The position numbers were made by a program, and so were the translations under genes. 59,742 nt of DNA from an uncultured Anaerolineaceae bacterium. GTDB lineage: Bacteria > Chloroflexota > Limnocylindria > Limnocylindrales > CSP1-4. The notes below the pieces were generated by a model. That model searched no databases. It had not been told where the DNA came from and was given only the letters and a program-made list of their open reading frames with translations. The DNA lies in the NCBI GenBank assembly GCA_964475245.1, contig CAYYVV010000013.1:1-59742 (forward strand). The letters are read 5' to 3'. This document shows, piece after piece, positions 27,298 to 36,262 of the stretch. Within the stretch, counting starts at the first letter, position 1, and every line of letters begins with the position of its first letter.

Positions 27298-28209
27298 TTA
27301 CTGGTCATGTGGGTCGACCGCCACCAGCGATTGGTAGGGATTGAACGCGTCAACCTGGCGATCCTCGCCGATCGCTGACCAGTCGATCAGGAACGGCGCG
27401 CGCAGCTCGAAATGGAGTTGCGGCCGGACTTCCTCGGCATTGCCCGTCTTGCCCAGGACGCCGACAACCTGGCCGCGCGTGACGTGCTGGCCGATCTCGA
27501 CCCAATCAGCGTCGAGATGGACGAGCACGGCCATATAGCCGGCAGTGCCGGGCTCATCGCTTTCGACGACGACCGTCAGGCCGTAGCGATCGGGCTCCCA
27601 GGGCGACCAGCGAGTGGCAGGATCGATGATCGTGCCGTCGAACGGTGCCAGGACCGGCACGCCCTCGGGGGCGTAGATGTCGATCCCGTCGTGGAGCCGG
27701 ACCAGCTCGCCTTTGGCGTTGACCTTGGCATGGTTGTACGCGTTGGGCGGGCCAGCGCGTGGCTCGAGCCAGTTGTCGCGGTAGTGGTACTTCGAATCGG
27801 CGCGCAGTGGAAAGCCGATGTCGATGACCTGCCCGTTGAGGTCGAAATCGGCGGCGCTCGTCGGCGCGGCGCTGGCAGGCACCGTCGGGCTCGGGCTGGG
27901 CGGCGTCGTGGGCGGTGTGATTATCGGTGGCGAAGAGGTCGGCGGATGCTGTGTGGCTGAAGGCGCCGGCTCGGGCGCCTCGCTCGCGGGTCGTCGTGTT
28001 GGTGTCGCCGAGACAGATGCTGGTGCAGATACCGCCGGCGATTGGGTCGAGCCGGCCGATGGTCGGGACTGGCCCGCGAGCATCACCAGGGCGCCGACCA
28101 GGCCGACGACGATGATCAGGCCGACGACGACGATACCGAGACTGCCCGCTCGCGGGCGCTGGTCATCGATGCGCCGCGCCATCTGGCGCCGCGGCCGCTC
28201 GAAGCTCAC
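27298..28209 (-). CDS. Membrane-anchored M23-family metallopeptidase
   Basis: TM segment, Pro/Ser/Thr linker, HDGID (HxxxD), APFDG, VHLD, VGVLGKTGNA and QLHFELR. Confidence 0.85.
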   Translation of the reverse strand: MSFERPRRQMARRIDDQRPRAGSLGIVVVGLIIVVGLVGALVMLAGQSRPSAGSTQSPAVSAPASVSATPTRRPASEAPEPAPSATQHPPTSSPPIITPPTTPPSPSPTVPASAAPTSAADFDLNGQVIDIGFPLRADSKYHYRDNWLEPRAGPPNAYNHAKVNAKGELVRLHDGIDIYAPEGVPVLAPFDGTIIDPATRWSPWEPDRYGLTVVVESDEPGTAGYMAVLVHLDADWVEIGQHVTRGQVVGVLGKTGNAEEVRPQLHFELRAPFLIDWSAIGEDRQVDAFNPYQSLVAVDPHDQ

Positions 28210-28466
28210 GCCCGGCGCGTCATCCGTGCGTACATCAGCGTGCCGGCGACGGTGACGACGCCTGTGCCGAGCACGATGAGGATGGCGAAGAAAGGCGCGC
28301 CGACCTCGCTCGCGCCGGCGCCGGCGCGCGGATCGAGCGGGTCGATCAGCAGTGGCGACGCGCCGGGCGTTGGCCCCGGAGTCGGATCGGCAGCGAGCGT
28401 CGGCGCGACGGCCGCAACAGACAGCGCCAGGGCCAGCAGAACGGCAAGCAAGAGGCCACGGAACAC
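28206..28466 (-). CDS. Small protein with signal peptide and C-terminal TM anchor
   Basis: Signal peptide (..APTLAA), PTPG linker, TM segment and basic tail RMTRRA. Overlaps the M23 gene by 4 nt. Confidence 0.6.
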   Translation of the reverse strand: MFRGLLLAVLLALALSVAAVAPTLAADPTPGPTPGASPLLIDPLDPRAGAGASEVGAPFFAILIVLGTGVVTVAGTLMYARMTRRA

Positions 28467-28491
28467 CGTTGCCGAGCCTACACCGGAATGA

Positions 28492-29211
28492 TCAGAGCCC
28501 GACTATCGCGCTGACCAACGAACCGGCGACGAGGAAGCCGGCGCCGACCATGAGCGCCGCCGCGGCGACCACTCGGCCGCGGTTTCCGGTCGCCAGGAGC
28601 CGCATCGCCGCCGGCGCCTCGAGCGTGGTGACGATCAACGGCCGACCAGCGCCGGCGCTCAGCGTCGGCTGGCCCTCGCGCAGCACAGGCGTGCCGCACG
28701 CGGTCGCGTGCTCGACCGCGGACAGCTGCTCGATGAGCAGCCGGGCGGGGGCGTCGGCCGGAGGCGGATCGTCGACATCGGCGGTCAGCGCGGCGGGCAG
28801 GTCGCTGAACTTGCCCAGCGATTCGCGCGGAATGGCCACCAGGCCGTCACCGAGCGCATCGACGTCAATCGCGATGTAGGCCGAGCGCGTCTCGAGGCCG
28901 AAGGGAACCGCCTCGCGCTCGTCGGCGATCGTCCGCCAGGCGCCGCGAACGCCGGCAAGCTGGATGCGTTTGCGGCGAAAGACCAGTGGGCGGTCGTTCT
29001 CGTCGGGAAACTCCTCGTCGCTGCTGATGCGGCCCGTGACCCGGACATAGTCCGCGGCGCCAGTGGCCAATGCGCGGGCCTCCTCGATGTCGACGGCCGG
29101 CGCGGCGGCCAAGAGGCGGCCGACGCGGTAGCGCGTCCCGAGCGAGCGCAAAAGGAGCACGGCCGCCGCGCCACAGGCGAGCGCCGCGATCAGCAGAGCG
29201 ACGGGAATCAA
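28492..29211 (-). CDS. Hypothetical membrane protein (N- and C-terminal TM segments)
   Basis: GC3-rich coding pattern with terminal hydrophobic helices. Family not recognised. Confidence 0.65.
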   Translation of the reverse strand: MIPVALLIAALACGAAAVLLLRSLGTRYRVGRLLAAAPAVDIEEARALATGAADYVRVTGRISSDEEFPDENDRPLVFRRKRIQLAGVRGAWRTIADEREAVPFGLETRSAYIAIDVDALGDGLVAIPRESLGKFSDLPAALTADVDDPPPADAPARLLIEQLSAVEHATACGTPVLREGQPTLSAGAGRPLIVTTLEAPAAMRLLATGNRGRVVAAAALMVGAGFLVAGSLVSAIVGL

Positions 29212-29341
29212 GGCAAGGAAAGACCCGAAGGAACCTTCACGAGGCGTGGACCTTGATGTGATCGCGGTCGCTAGCGTCGCTTCTGGCCCCTCCGGGCTGA
29301 CGCGAACAGTAGTCGCGGCTTCGGAGACGGGTCAATCTACT

Positions 29342-29392
29342 TTGTCCACCAAAACAACAAACGTGCGCGGAACTATCCACCGTCTCTCCACA
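29342..29392. promoter_or_regulatory. Three degenerate DnaA-box-like 9-mers in an A/T-richer intergenic patch
   Basis: TTGTCCACC (29342), CTATCCACC (29373) and CTCTCCACA (29384) compared with the TT(A/G)TCCACA consensus. Confidence 0.25.
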
Positions 29393-29412
29393 GCGCTCAG
29401 TGCCGTCCGTGC

Positions 29413-30000
29413 TCAGCCTGCCTCGCCGCTGCGCGCGTCGAGGTACAGATGCTGACCCGAGTAGGTCGTCAGGTCGAGCCGGCCCGCGATGAGCTGAGCG
29501 CCGACGATGACATCGGCGTGCGCCGCGCGCCAGGCGACGCTGCCGTCCGAGCGCAGGGCGATCGTCTCGATCTCGGTCTGGAGCACGACGTGGTCGAGTC
29601 GCGCCGAGGCCAGGATGGCGACCGTGGGCGTGCCGCTCGCGTATGTCCACGCCAGCTCGCCAGTGCGCGCGACCAGGGCATAGACACGGAATCCGTAACG
29701 CACGATCAGCAGCCCGGGCTCGTCGAGCAACACCGCGTCGGGATCGTCGAAGATCGGCGAGGCGAAACGCGCCGTCCAGCGGGCGGTTGGTCCCTCGACA
29801 CGCAGCTCGGCGCGGCACTGCGCGTCCGGATTGGCATCGACGAGCGTGCCGAAGTCGAGGAGCGTTCCGTCTGCCTCCGAGACTCCGAACACAGCTGCTG
29901 CACGGCCGCTGCCTGCCCACCGGTATCGGGCGGCGAAGCCGCCCGGGTATTGAACGGCCAGGCGCTGGACCTCGGCCGCGGCAGGATCCCTGTCGGTCAC
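29413..30000 (-). CDS. Hypothetical protein with PQQ/BamB-like beta-propeller repeats
   Basis: VYAL.ARTGELAW, IALRSDGSVAW and LYLDARSG repeats. GTG overlaps the ybaK-family stop. Confidence 0.6.
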   Translation of the reverse strand: MTDRDPAAAEVQRLAVQYPGGFAARYRWAGSGRAAAVFGVSEADGTLLDFGTLVDANPDAQCRAELRVEGPTARWTARFASPIFDDPDAVLLDEPGLLIVRYGFRVYALVARTGELAWTYASGTPTVAILASARLDHVVLQTEIETIALRSDGSVAWRAAHADVIVGAQLIAGRLDLTTYSGQHLYLDARSGEAG

Positions 30001-30533
30001 GCCCCGCTTTGCGCGCCCGCCGGCTGCTGCGGCGGCCCGAAGGACGCGTTGGCGATCGGCGCGACGTTGGCGTTGGTGAGTACGCGCAGAGTTGCGGGCG
30101 TGACGGAGAAGACGGTGTTCGATGTCCCGGCCGCGGCCCAGATCGTCGCGAAGCGGCCCAGGTCGGGGTCCATCACGGTCCGAATCGGCCGCGTGTGGCC
30201 GAACGGTGGAATGCCGCCGATCGAATAGCCGGTGATCTCGCGCGCCTCATCAGCCGTCGCGCGGCGCATGCGCGGCTCGGTGAGCACCGCGGCGAGGAGC
30301 GAGACATCGACCATGTTGGCGCCACTGACGAGGACCAGGCACGGCTCCGGTCCGTCGTCGCGGTCGGCGACGAAGACGAGGCTCTTGACGATCTGGCCAA
30401 CCTCCGCGCCCACGGCGCGCGCCGCTTCCTCGGCAGTATGGGTCGACTCGTCGAAGACGATGACATCGAGCGTCACGCCCTTGCGCGCGGCAGCATCGAT
30501 CACACGTTGGGACGCCGATGGGACTTCGGGCAC
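29997..30533 (-). CDS. YbaK/EbsC-family aminoacyl-tRNA deacylase-like protein
   Basis: THTAEEAA..VG..VGQIVKSLVF, VSG, TGYSIGGIPPFG and IWAAAG. Confidence 0.9.
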   Translation of the reverse strand: MPEVPSASQRVIDAAARKGVTLDVIVFDESTHTAEEAARAVGAEVGQIVKSLVFVADRDDGPEPCLVLVSGANMVDVSLLAAVLTEPRMRRATADEAREITGYSIGGIPPFGHTRPIRTVMDPDLGRFATIWAAAGTSNTVFSVTPATLRVLTNANVAPIANASFGPPQQPAGAQSGA

Positions 30534-30604
30534 GGCCCGAGTCTAGCGCAATGAGTCTGGGGCTCGACCCGGCCGACGTAGAATGAAAGGAGCTCGAATA
30601 CCGG

Positions 30605-30692
30605 GACAGGGGAGCGCCCTCGGGCGCTGAGAGTGCGGAAATACCGCAGACCCTAGGAACCTGATCTGGTTCGTACCAGCGAAGGGAGTCAC
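30605..30692 (+). ncRNA. TPP riboswitch (THI element)
   Basis: AGGGGAGC...GCGCTGAGAG..GACCC..GAACCTGATCTGGTTCGTACCAGCGAAGGGAG contains the conserved CTGAGA and ACCTGAT..G..AGCG.AGGGA cores. It lies upstream of thiamine genes, with -10 TAGAAT at 30579-84. Confidence 0.95.
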
Positions 30693-30697
30693 CTTCT

Positions 30698-31354
30698 TTG
30701 AACGCCCTGATCGTCGCCGATGGCGACATCCCCGTGCGGGCGGACGTCGATCGACTGCTGGCACCAGATGGCGCCGACCTCGTGGTTGCCGCCGATGGCG
30801 GAGCGTTGAAGGCGCGCGCGCTTGGCTTCCGGCCCGACGTGGTCGTCGGGGATGCCGATTCGCTGCCTCATGCGGCACTCGACGAGCTGCGTGCCGACGG
30901 CGTCGACGTGATCGTCCACCCCGCGGCCAAGGACGAGTCCGACACGGAGCTTGCCGTGCGTGAGGCGCTCGCGCGCGGTGCCACGACGCTGACCGTGATC
31001 GGCGCGTTCGGCGGCGCGCGCCTCGAGCACACCATCGCCAATCTCTTGTTGCTGGCCATGCCCGAGCTCATTGGCCGCGACGCGCGCCTGGCGGACGGCG
31101 CGAGCGTCGTTCGCCTTCTCGAGCCCGGACCCGCACTCACGATCCACGGCCGGCGCGGCGACTTCGTGTCGCTCCTGCCGCTCGCGCCGCGTGTCGAGGG
31201 GGTAATCACTGACGGTCTCGAGTTCCCGCTTCGGGACGAGGCACTGACCCAGGGGCCGGCACGCGGCCTGTCCAATGTCATGACGGGCGACAGCGCGACG
31301 GTCAGCCTCCGTGCCGGCCGCTTGCTCGTCGTCCACACGGCGGCCGACCGATGA
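30698..31354 (+). CDS. thiN: Thiamine diphosphokinase
   Basis: VAADGG, VVGDADS, KDESDTELA, GAFGGARLEHT.AN and GLSN. TTG start. Confidence 0.9.
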   Translation: MNALIVADGDIPVRADVDRLLAPDGADLVVAADGGALKARALGFRPDVVVGDADSLPHAALDELRADGVDVIVHPAAKDESDTELAVREALARGATTLTVIGAFGGARLEHTIANLLLLAMPELIGRDARLADGASVVRLLEPGPALTIHGRRGDFVSLLPLAPRVEGVITDGLEFPLRDEALTQGPARGLSNVMTGDSATVSLRAGRLLVVHTAADR

Positions 31355-32568
31355 AACGTTTCGCCTGCCTCATCTCCGCGTTGCTGATCACGACGGCATG
31401 TGCCGCGCCGGTGGCCACGCCGCTCCTGGGCACGCCGCTGCCAGTTGCCAGTAGCGCACCGGCCGCGGCGCCCACTGCCACGGCCGCCAGCTCTGCCCTG
31501 CCGTCCGCGACGCCTGGCGCGACGCCGAGCGCCACGCCAACCCCAACGCCGACCGCGGCACCGCCAACACCCGGACCGACCCTGGTGCGAGGGGGCCAGG
31601 TCACCCTGGTTACGCACGACTCGTTCGCCGCCAGCGATCCGGTCATCCACGATTTCGAGACGCAGTCCGGCCAGACGCTGAAGGTGCTCAAGGGTGGTGA
31701 CGCCGGCGTGATGGTCAACCAGGCGATCCTGACCAAGACCGACCCGCTGGGTGACGTCCTGTACGGAGTCGACAACACGTTCCTGTCGCGTGCCCTCGAC
31801 GCCGGCATCTTCGTGCCCTACGTCTCACCAGCTTCGGCTTCGGTGGCGCAGGAGTTCAAGCTCGACCCGTTGAACAGGGTCACGCCGATCGATTTCGGCG
31901 ACGTGTGCATCGTCTACGACGTGAAGTCGGCGGGCGGAACCGGCGCCGCCCAGCCACCGCAAACGATCAACGACCTCACGAACCCCACGTACAAGAGCAC
32001 GCTCGTCGTCGAGAACCCGGCCACGTCGTCACCTGGCCTTGCGTTCATGCTCGCGACCATCGTCCGCTTCGGTGAATCGGGCGACTACACGTGGCTCGAT
32101 TACTGGCGCGACCTACGCGCCAACGACGTTCTCGTCGTCTCGGACTGGAATGACGCCTACTACAACGAGTTCTCCGGTGGCGGAAGCGGCGGCAACCGAC
32201 CTTTCGTCGTCTCGTACGCGACCGACCCCGCCGCTGACGTCTACTTCGGAGGCGGCCAGTCCACGACGCCTGGCGTCCAGAAGGTCGACGACGGGTGCTT
32301 CCGACAGATCGAGTTCGCGGCCGTCCTCGCCGGCGCCAAGAATCCCGCCGGCGCGCAGGCGTGGGTCGACTACATGGCTTCGCCCGAGTTCCAGTCGGAC
32401 ATCCCGCTCAACATGTTCGTGTTCCCGGTCAACCCCAACGCTCAGGTGCCCGACCTGTTCGCGAAGTTCGCCGCCCAGGCGACCAATCCGTTGACCATGG
32501 ATCCGCAGACGATCTCGGCCAACCGTGATCGCTGGATCCAGCAGTGGACCGACACGGTCATCCACTAG
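31351..32568 (+). CDS. thiB: Thiamine ABC transporter substrate-binding lipoprotein
   Basis: Lipobox TAC, long A/P/T linker, THDSF, DVLYGVDN, DFGDVC, ENPATSSPGLAF, VVSYATDP, RQIEFA and NMFVFP. Confidence 0.92.
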   Translation: MKRFACLISALLITTACAAPVATPLLGTPLPVASSAPAAAPTATAASSALPSATPGATPSATPTPTPTAAPPTPGPTLVRGGQVTLVTHDSFAASDPVIHDFETQSGQTLKVLKGGDAGVMVNQAILTKTDPLGDVLYGVDNTFLSRALDAGIFVPYVSPASASVAQEFKLDPLNRVTPIDFGDVCIVYDVKSAGGTGAAQPPQTINDLTNPTYKSTLVVENPATSSPGLAFMLATIVRFGESGDYTWLDYWRDLRANDVLVVSDWNDAYYNEFSGGGSGGNRPFVVSYATDPAADVYFGGGQSTTPGVQKVDDGCFRQIEFAAVLAGAKNPAGAQAWVDYMASPEFQSDIPLNMFVFPVNPNAQVPDLFAKFAAQATNPLTMDPQTISANRDRWIQQWTDTVIH

Positions 32569-34190
32569 TGGCCGTCGGGCGGCGGCTGGCGACGCCCGCG
32601 CTCGCCGCGCTTCCGCTCGCCTTCCTGGGCGTCTTCTTCGTCTACCCGGTCGTCTCGATCCTCGCGCTCGGGCTCGCGCCGGGAGGCGCCCTGGATGTTG
32701 GCGCCGCCCTCAACGTCCTGACCCAGCCCTTTGTCGCCCAGGTCGCCTGGTTCACGCTCTGGCAGGCTGTGCTTTCGACCGTCCTGACGGTGTGCCTGGC
32801 ACTGCCCGGCGCGTTCGTCTTCGCGCGCTTCGACTTCCCCGGCCGCAGGCTGATTGGCGCGCTCGCGATCGTGCCCTTCGTGCTGCCCACCGTGGTCGTG
32901 GCGGCGGCCTTCCTGGCCCTGATCGGTCCGCGCAGCCCGTTCGGCGTGCGCCTCGATCACTCGATCGTGGCCATCATCATCGCCAACGTCTTCTACAACT
33001 ACGCCGTCGTGCTGCGCATCGTCGGCGGCGTCTGGTCGCAGATCGACCCGCGCACGGAAGAGGCCGCGCGCGTCCTGGGCGCTTCGCGCTGGCGCGCTTT
33101 CCGGACCGTGACCCTGCCACTGCTGCGGCCGGCGATCGCGTCGGCGGCGTCGATCGTCTTCCTGTTCACGTTCACATCGTTCGGCGTGATCCTGCTGCTC
33201 GGCGGGGCGCAGTTCTCGACGCTCGAGGTCGAGATCTACCGCCAGACGGCCGAGCTGCTCGACCTGCGCACGGCCGCGGTCCTGTCGCTGCTCCAGATGT
33301 CGGCGCTCGTCGTCCTGCTCTTCGTCTACTCGCGCTACCAGCAGCGCAACGCGGTCCAGCAGCGCCAGCTGTCACGGCCAATGGTCGCGCGCGCTCCGCG
33401 GACGACCGCGGAGCGCGCGCTCGTCACGGCCAATCTCGTGTTCATGGCACTCCTCCTGGGCGTGCCTCTGCTCGTGCTGATCGAGCGCTCGCTGGCCATC
33501 CCGGGCGGCTACGGCCTCGCCAATTTCCAGGCGCTGTTCGCCTCGAGCCAGCTCTCGGCGTTGTTCGTGCCGCCCATCGTGGCGATCCAGAACTCGCTCG
33601 CTTTCGCGGTCGAGGCGACGCTGATCTGCGCGCCCCTGGGCCTCGCCGCCGCATTCGTCATCGCGCGCGGCCGCGGCCGGCTGGCGAGCGGCTTCGACGC
33701 CCTGCTGATGCTCCCGCTGGGAACATCCGCGGTCATCGTCGGGTTCGGTTTTCTCGTCGCCCTGGGCAACCTGCCCATCGACCTGCGCGTCTCGCCCGTG
33801 CTCATCCCGATCGCCCACGCGATCGTCGCGCTGCCATTCCTCGTCCGTGCCACGGTGCCTGTCCTGCGCTCGGTTGATCAGCGGCTGCGCGACGCGGCGG
33901 CCGTCCTGGGTGCCTCGCCGCCGCGCGTGTGGCGCGAGATCGACATGCCCATCGTCAGCCGCGCCGCTCTCGTCGGCGCGGGCTTCGCGTTTGCCGTATC
34001 GCTGGGCGAGTTCGGGGCGACGCTGTTCATCGTCCGGCCCGATACGCCGACGATGCCCGTGGCGATCTTCCGCCTGCTGAGCCAGCCCGGCGTGCTTGCC
34101 TTCGGCCAGGCGATGGCCATGGCCGCGCTGCTCATGTTCGTCACTGGAGCAAGCGTGCTCGCGTTCGATCGCCTGCGAGCCGACGCGTGA
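32568..34190 (+). CDS. thiP: Thiamine ABC transporter permease
   Basis: Two permease halves with EEAARVLGA and DAAAVLGA motifs, FTLWQA and SLGEFGAT. GTG overlaps the thiB stop. Confidence 0.92.
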   Translation: MAVGRRLATPALAALPLAFLGVFFVYPVVSILALGLAPGGALDVGAALNVLTQPFVAQVAWFTLWQAVLSTVLTVCLALPGAFVFARFDFPGRRLIGALAIVPFVLPTVVVAAAFLALIGPRSPFGVRLDHSIVAIIIANVFYNYAVVLRIVGGVWSQIDPRTEEAARVLGASRWRAFRTVTLPLLRPAIASAASIVFLFTFTSFGVILLLGGAQFSTLEVEIYRQTAELLDLRTAAVLSLLQMSALVVLLFVYSRYQQRNAVQQRQLSRPMVARAPRTTAERALVTANLVFMALLLGVPLLVLIERSLAIPGGYGLANFQALFASSQLSALFVPPIVAIQNSLAFAVEATLICAPLGLAAAFVIARGRGRLASGFDALLMLPLGTSAVIVGFGFLVALGNLPIDLRVSPVLIPIAHAIVALPFLVRATVPVLRSVDQRLRDAAAVLGASPPRVWREIDMPIVSRAALVGAGFAFAVSLGEFGATLFIVRPDTPTMPVAIFRLLSQPGVLAFGQAMAMAALLMFVTGASVLAFDRLRADA

Positions 34191-34209
34191 TCGAAGGCCG
34201 GGACGCCTG

Positions 34210-35217
34210 ATGCTCGAGCTGGTCGATGTCCGCGTCGCCTACGGCGAGACCGTCGCCGTCGACGGCGTCACCCTCGCCGTCGGCGACCACGAGACCGTCG
34301 CCCTGCTCGGCCCGAGCGGGTCGGGCAAGTCGACGTTGCTGCGCGCGATCTGCGGGCTCGAGCCGCTCACCGGTGGCAGGATCCTGCTCGACGGCCGCGA
34401 CCTGGCCGGCGTCCCGGTCCACGAGCGGGGCTTCGGTCTGATGTTCCAGGACTACGTGCTGTTCCCGCAGCGCGATGTGCGCGGCAACGTGGCGTTCGGG
34501 CTGGAGATGCGCGGCGACGCGCGCGCGCAGATCGATGCACGCGTGAACGAGGTTCTGGCTCTCGTCGGACTGAGCGGCTACGCGACGCGGCGGATCACCG
34601 AGCTGTCCGGCGGCGAGCAGCAACGAGTCGCCCTGGCCCGCGCGATCGCGCCGACGCCGCGCCTGGTGATGCTCGACGAGCCGCTCGGGGCGCTCGATCG
34701 GGCGCTGCGGACGCGTCTGATCGATGAGCTCGCCACGATATTCAGGGAGCTGCGTCTGCCGATCGTGTACGTCACGCACGACCAGGAGGAGGCGTTCGAG
34801 GTGGCCGACCGGATCGTGATCATGCGCGATGGGCGGGCGTCGGCAATCGATACGCCGGCCGGCCTATGGACCAATCCACCCGACGCCTGGACGGCGACTT
34901 TCCTGGGTTTCCACAACGTTGCCGACGCGGATGTGGAGGCGGGCATTGCCCACAGCCCGTGGGGCGATGTCAACCTGGGTTCCGTGCAATCGGGCCCGGT
35001 CACGCTCGTGCTGCGAGCCGAGGCGCTGAGCCTCGACCCGCGCGGAAGCATTCACGGGACCGTGTCGGCGCGCACGTTCCGCGGCGACCACGTGCGCGTA
35101 GTGGTCGCCACGGACGCCGGGTCGCCACTTGAGCTCGAAGTCCGGAGTGGCCCGCCCGTCGAGGTAGGTCAGCGCGTGTCGGTCTCGGTCGATCCCGGCC
35201 GCGTGAACGTCCTTTAG
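34210..35217 (+). CDS. thiQ: Thiamine ABC transporter ATP-binding protein
   Basis: GPSGSGKST, LSGGEQQR, LDEP, YVTHDQEEA and C-terminal TOBE-like domain. Confidence 0.9.
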   Translation: MLELVDVRVAYGETVAVDGVTLAVGDHETVALLGPSGSGKSTLLRAICGLEPLTGGRILLDGRDLAGVPVHERGFGLMFQDYVLFPQRDVRGNVAFGLEMRGDARAQIDARVNEVLALVGLSGYATRRITELSGGEQQRVALARAIAPTPRLVMLDEPLGALDRALRTRLIDELATIFRELRLPIVYVTHDQEEAFEVADRIVIMRDGRASAIDTPAGLWTNPPDAWTATFLGFHNVADADVEAGIAHSPWGDVNLGSVQSGPVTLVLRAEALSLDPRGSIHGTVSARTFRGDHVRVVVATDAGSPLELEVRSGPPVEVGQRVSVSVDPGRVNVL

Positions 35218-36236
35218 CGCCAGCCCAGCTCAGGTGCGACGTACTTGAGGATGCTCTCGACTGCGTGGGCGTTGTAATCGACGCCGAGCTGGTTGGGCAC
35301 GGTCAGCAGCAGCGTATCCGCGGCGGCGATGGCCTCGTCCTGGGCGAGCTCCTTGACGAGCACGTCGGGCTCCTCCGCGTAGCTGCGGCCGAAGACCGCG
35401 CGAGTGTTCTCGTCCAGCCAGCCGATCTTGTCGGAATCGTCGCGCTCGTGGCCGAAGTAGGCGCGGTCGCGATCGTCGACCAGGGCGAAGATGCTCCGGC
35501 TGACCGAGATCCTTGGCTCGCGCGTGTGGCCGGCTTCCTTCCACGCCGCCCGGTAGGCCTCGATCTGCTTGCGCTGCTGAACGTGGAGCGGCTCGCCGGT
35601 CTCGTCGAATTTGAGCGTCGAGCTCTGCAGGTTCATGCCCAGCTGTGCCGCCCAGACCGCTGTCGCGTCGGTCGCCGCGCCCCACCAGATGCGCTCGCGC
35701 AAACCCTCTGAGAAGGGTTCGAGGCGCAGCAGGCCGGGCGGATTGGGAAACATCGGCCGCGGGTTCGGCTTGCCGAAGCCGTCGCCCTTGAGCAGATCCA
35801 GGAACTCCTTGGCGTGGCGGCGGGCCATGTCGGCGTCCGTCTCACCCTCAGGCGGCTCGTAGCCGAAGTACCTGTAGCCGTCGATGACCTGCTCGGGCGA
35901 GCCGCGGCTGATGCCGAGCTGAAGCCGGCCTGTGGCGATCAGGTCGGCTGCTCCCGCGTCCTCGGCCATGTAGTGCGGGTTCTCGTAGCGCATGTCGATG
36001 ACGGCCGTGCCGATCTCGATGCGCTTCGTTCGCGCGCCAACCGCGGCGAGCAGCGGGAACGGCGACCCGAGCTGGCGCGCGAAGTGGTGGACGCGGTAGT
36101 AGGCGCCATCCGCGCCGAGCTGTTCGACAGCCTCGGCAAGCTCGATGGACTGGATCAGCGCGTCGGACGCGCTGCGCACCTGTGAGTAGGGCGCTGCCGA
36201 CCAATGCCCGAAGGAAAGGAACCCGATGTGCTTCAC
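35214..36236 (-). CDS. LLM-class flavin-dependent oxidoreductase
   Basis: MKHIGFLSFGHW, RVHHFA, IEIGTAVIDMRYENP and ISRGSPE. GTG start with TACCAT 6 nt upstream. Confidence 0.9.
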   Translation of the reverse strand: MKHIGFLSFGHWSAAPYSQVRSASDALIQSIELAEAVEQLGADGAYYRVHHFARQLGSPFPLLAAVGARTKRIEIGTAVIDMRYENPHYMAEDAGAADLIATGRLQLGISRGSPEQVIDGYRYFGYEPPEGETDADMARRHAKEFLDLLKGDGFGKPNPRPMFPNPPGLLRLEPFSEGLRERIWWGAATDATAVWAAQLGMNLQSSTLKFDETGEPLHVQQRKQIEAYRAAWKEAGHTREPRISVSRSIFALVDDRDRAYFGHERDDSDKIGWLDENTRAVFGRSYAEEPDVLVKELAQDEAIAAADTLLLTVPNQLGVDYNAHAVESILKYVAPELGWR

Positions 36237-36262
36237 TCGGGAATGGTAGTTAGGCTTCGCAC

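Noticed and set aside
29320-29400. Replication origin
   Set aside because: Only three degenerate boxes, no dnaA/dnaN nearby and no clear unwinding element.
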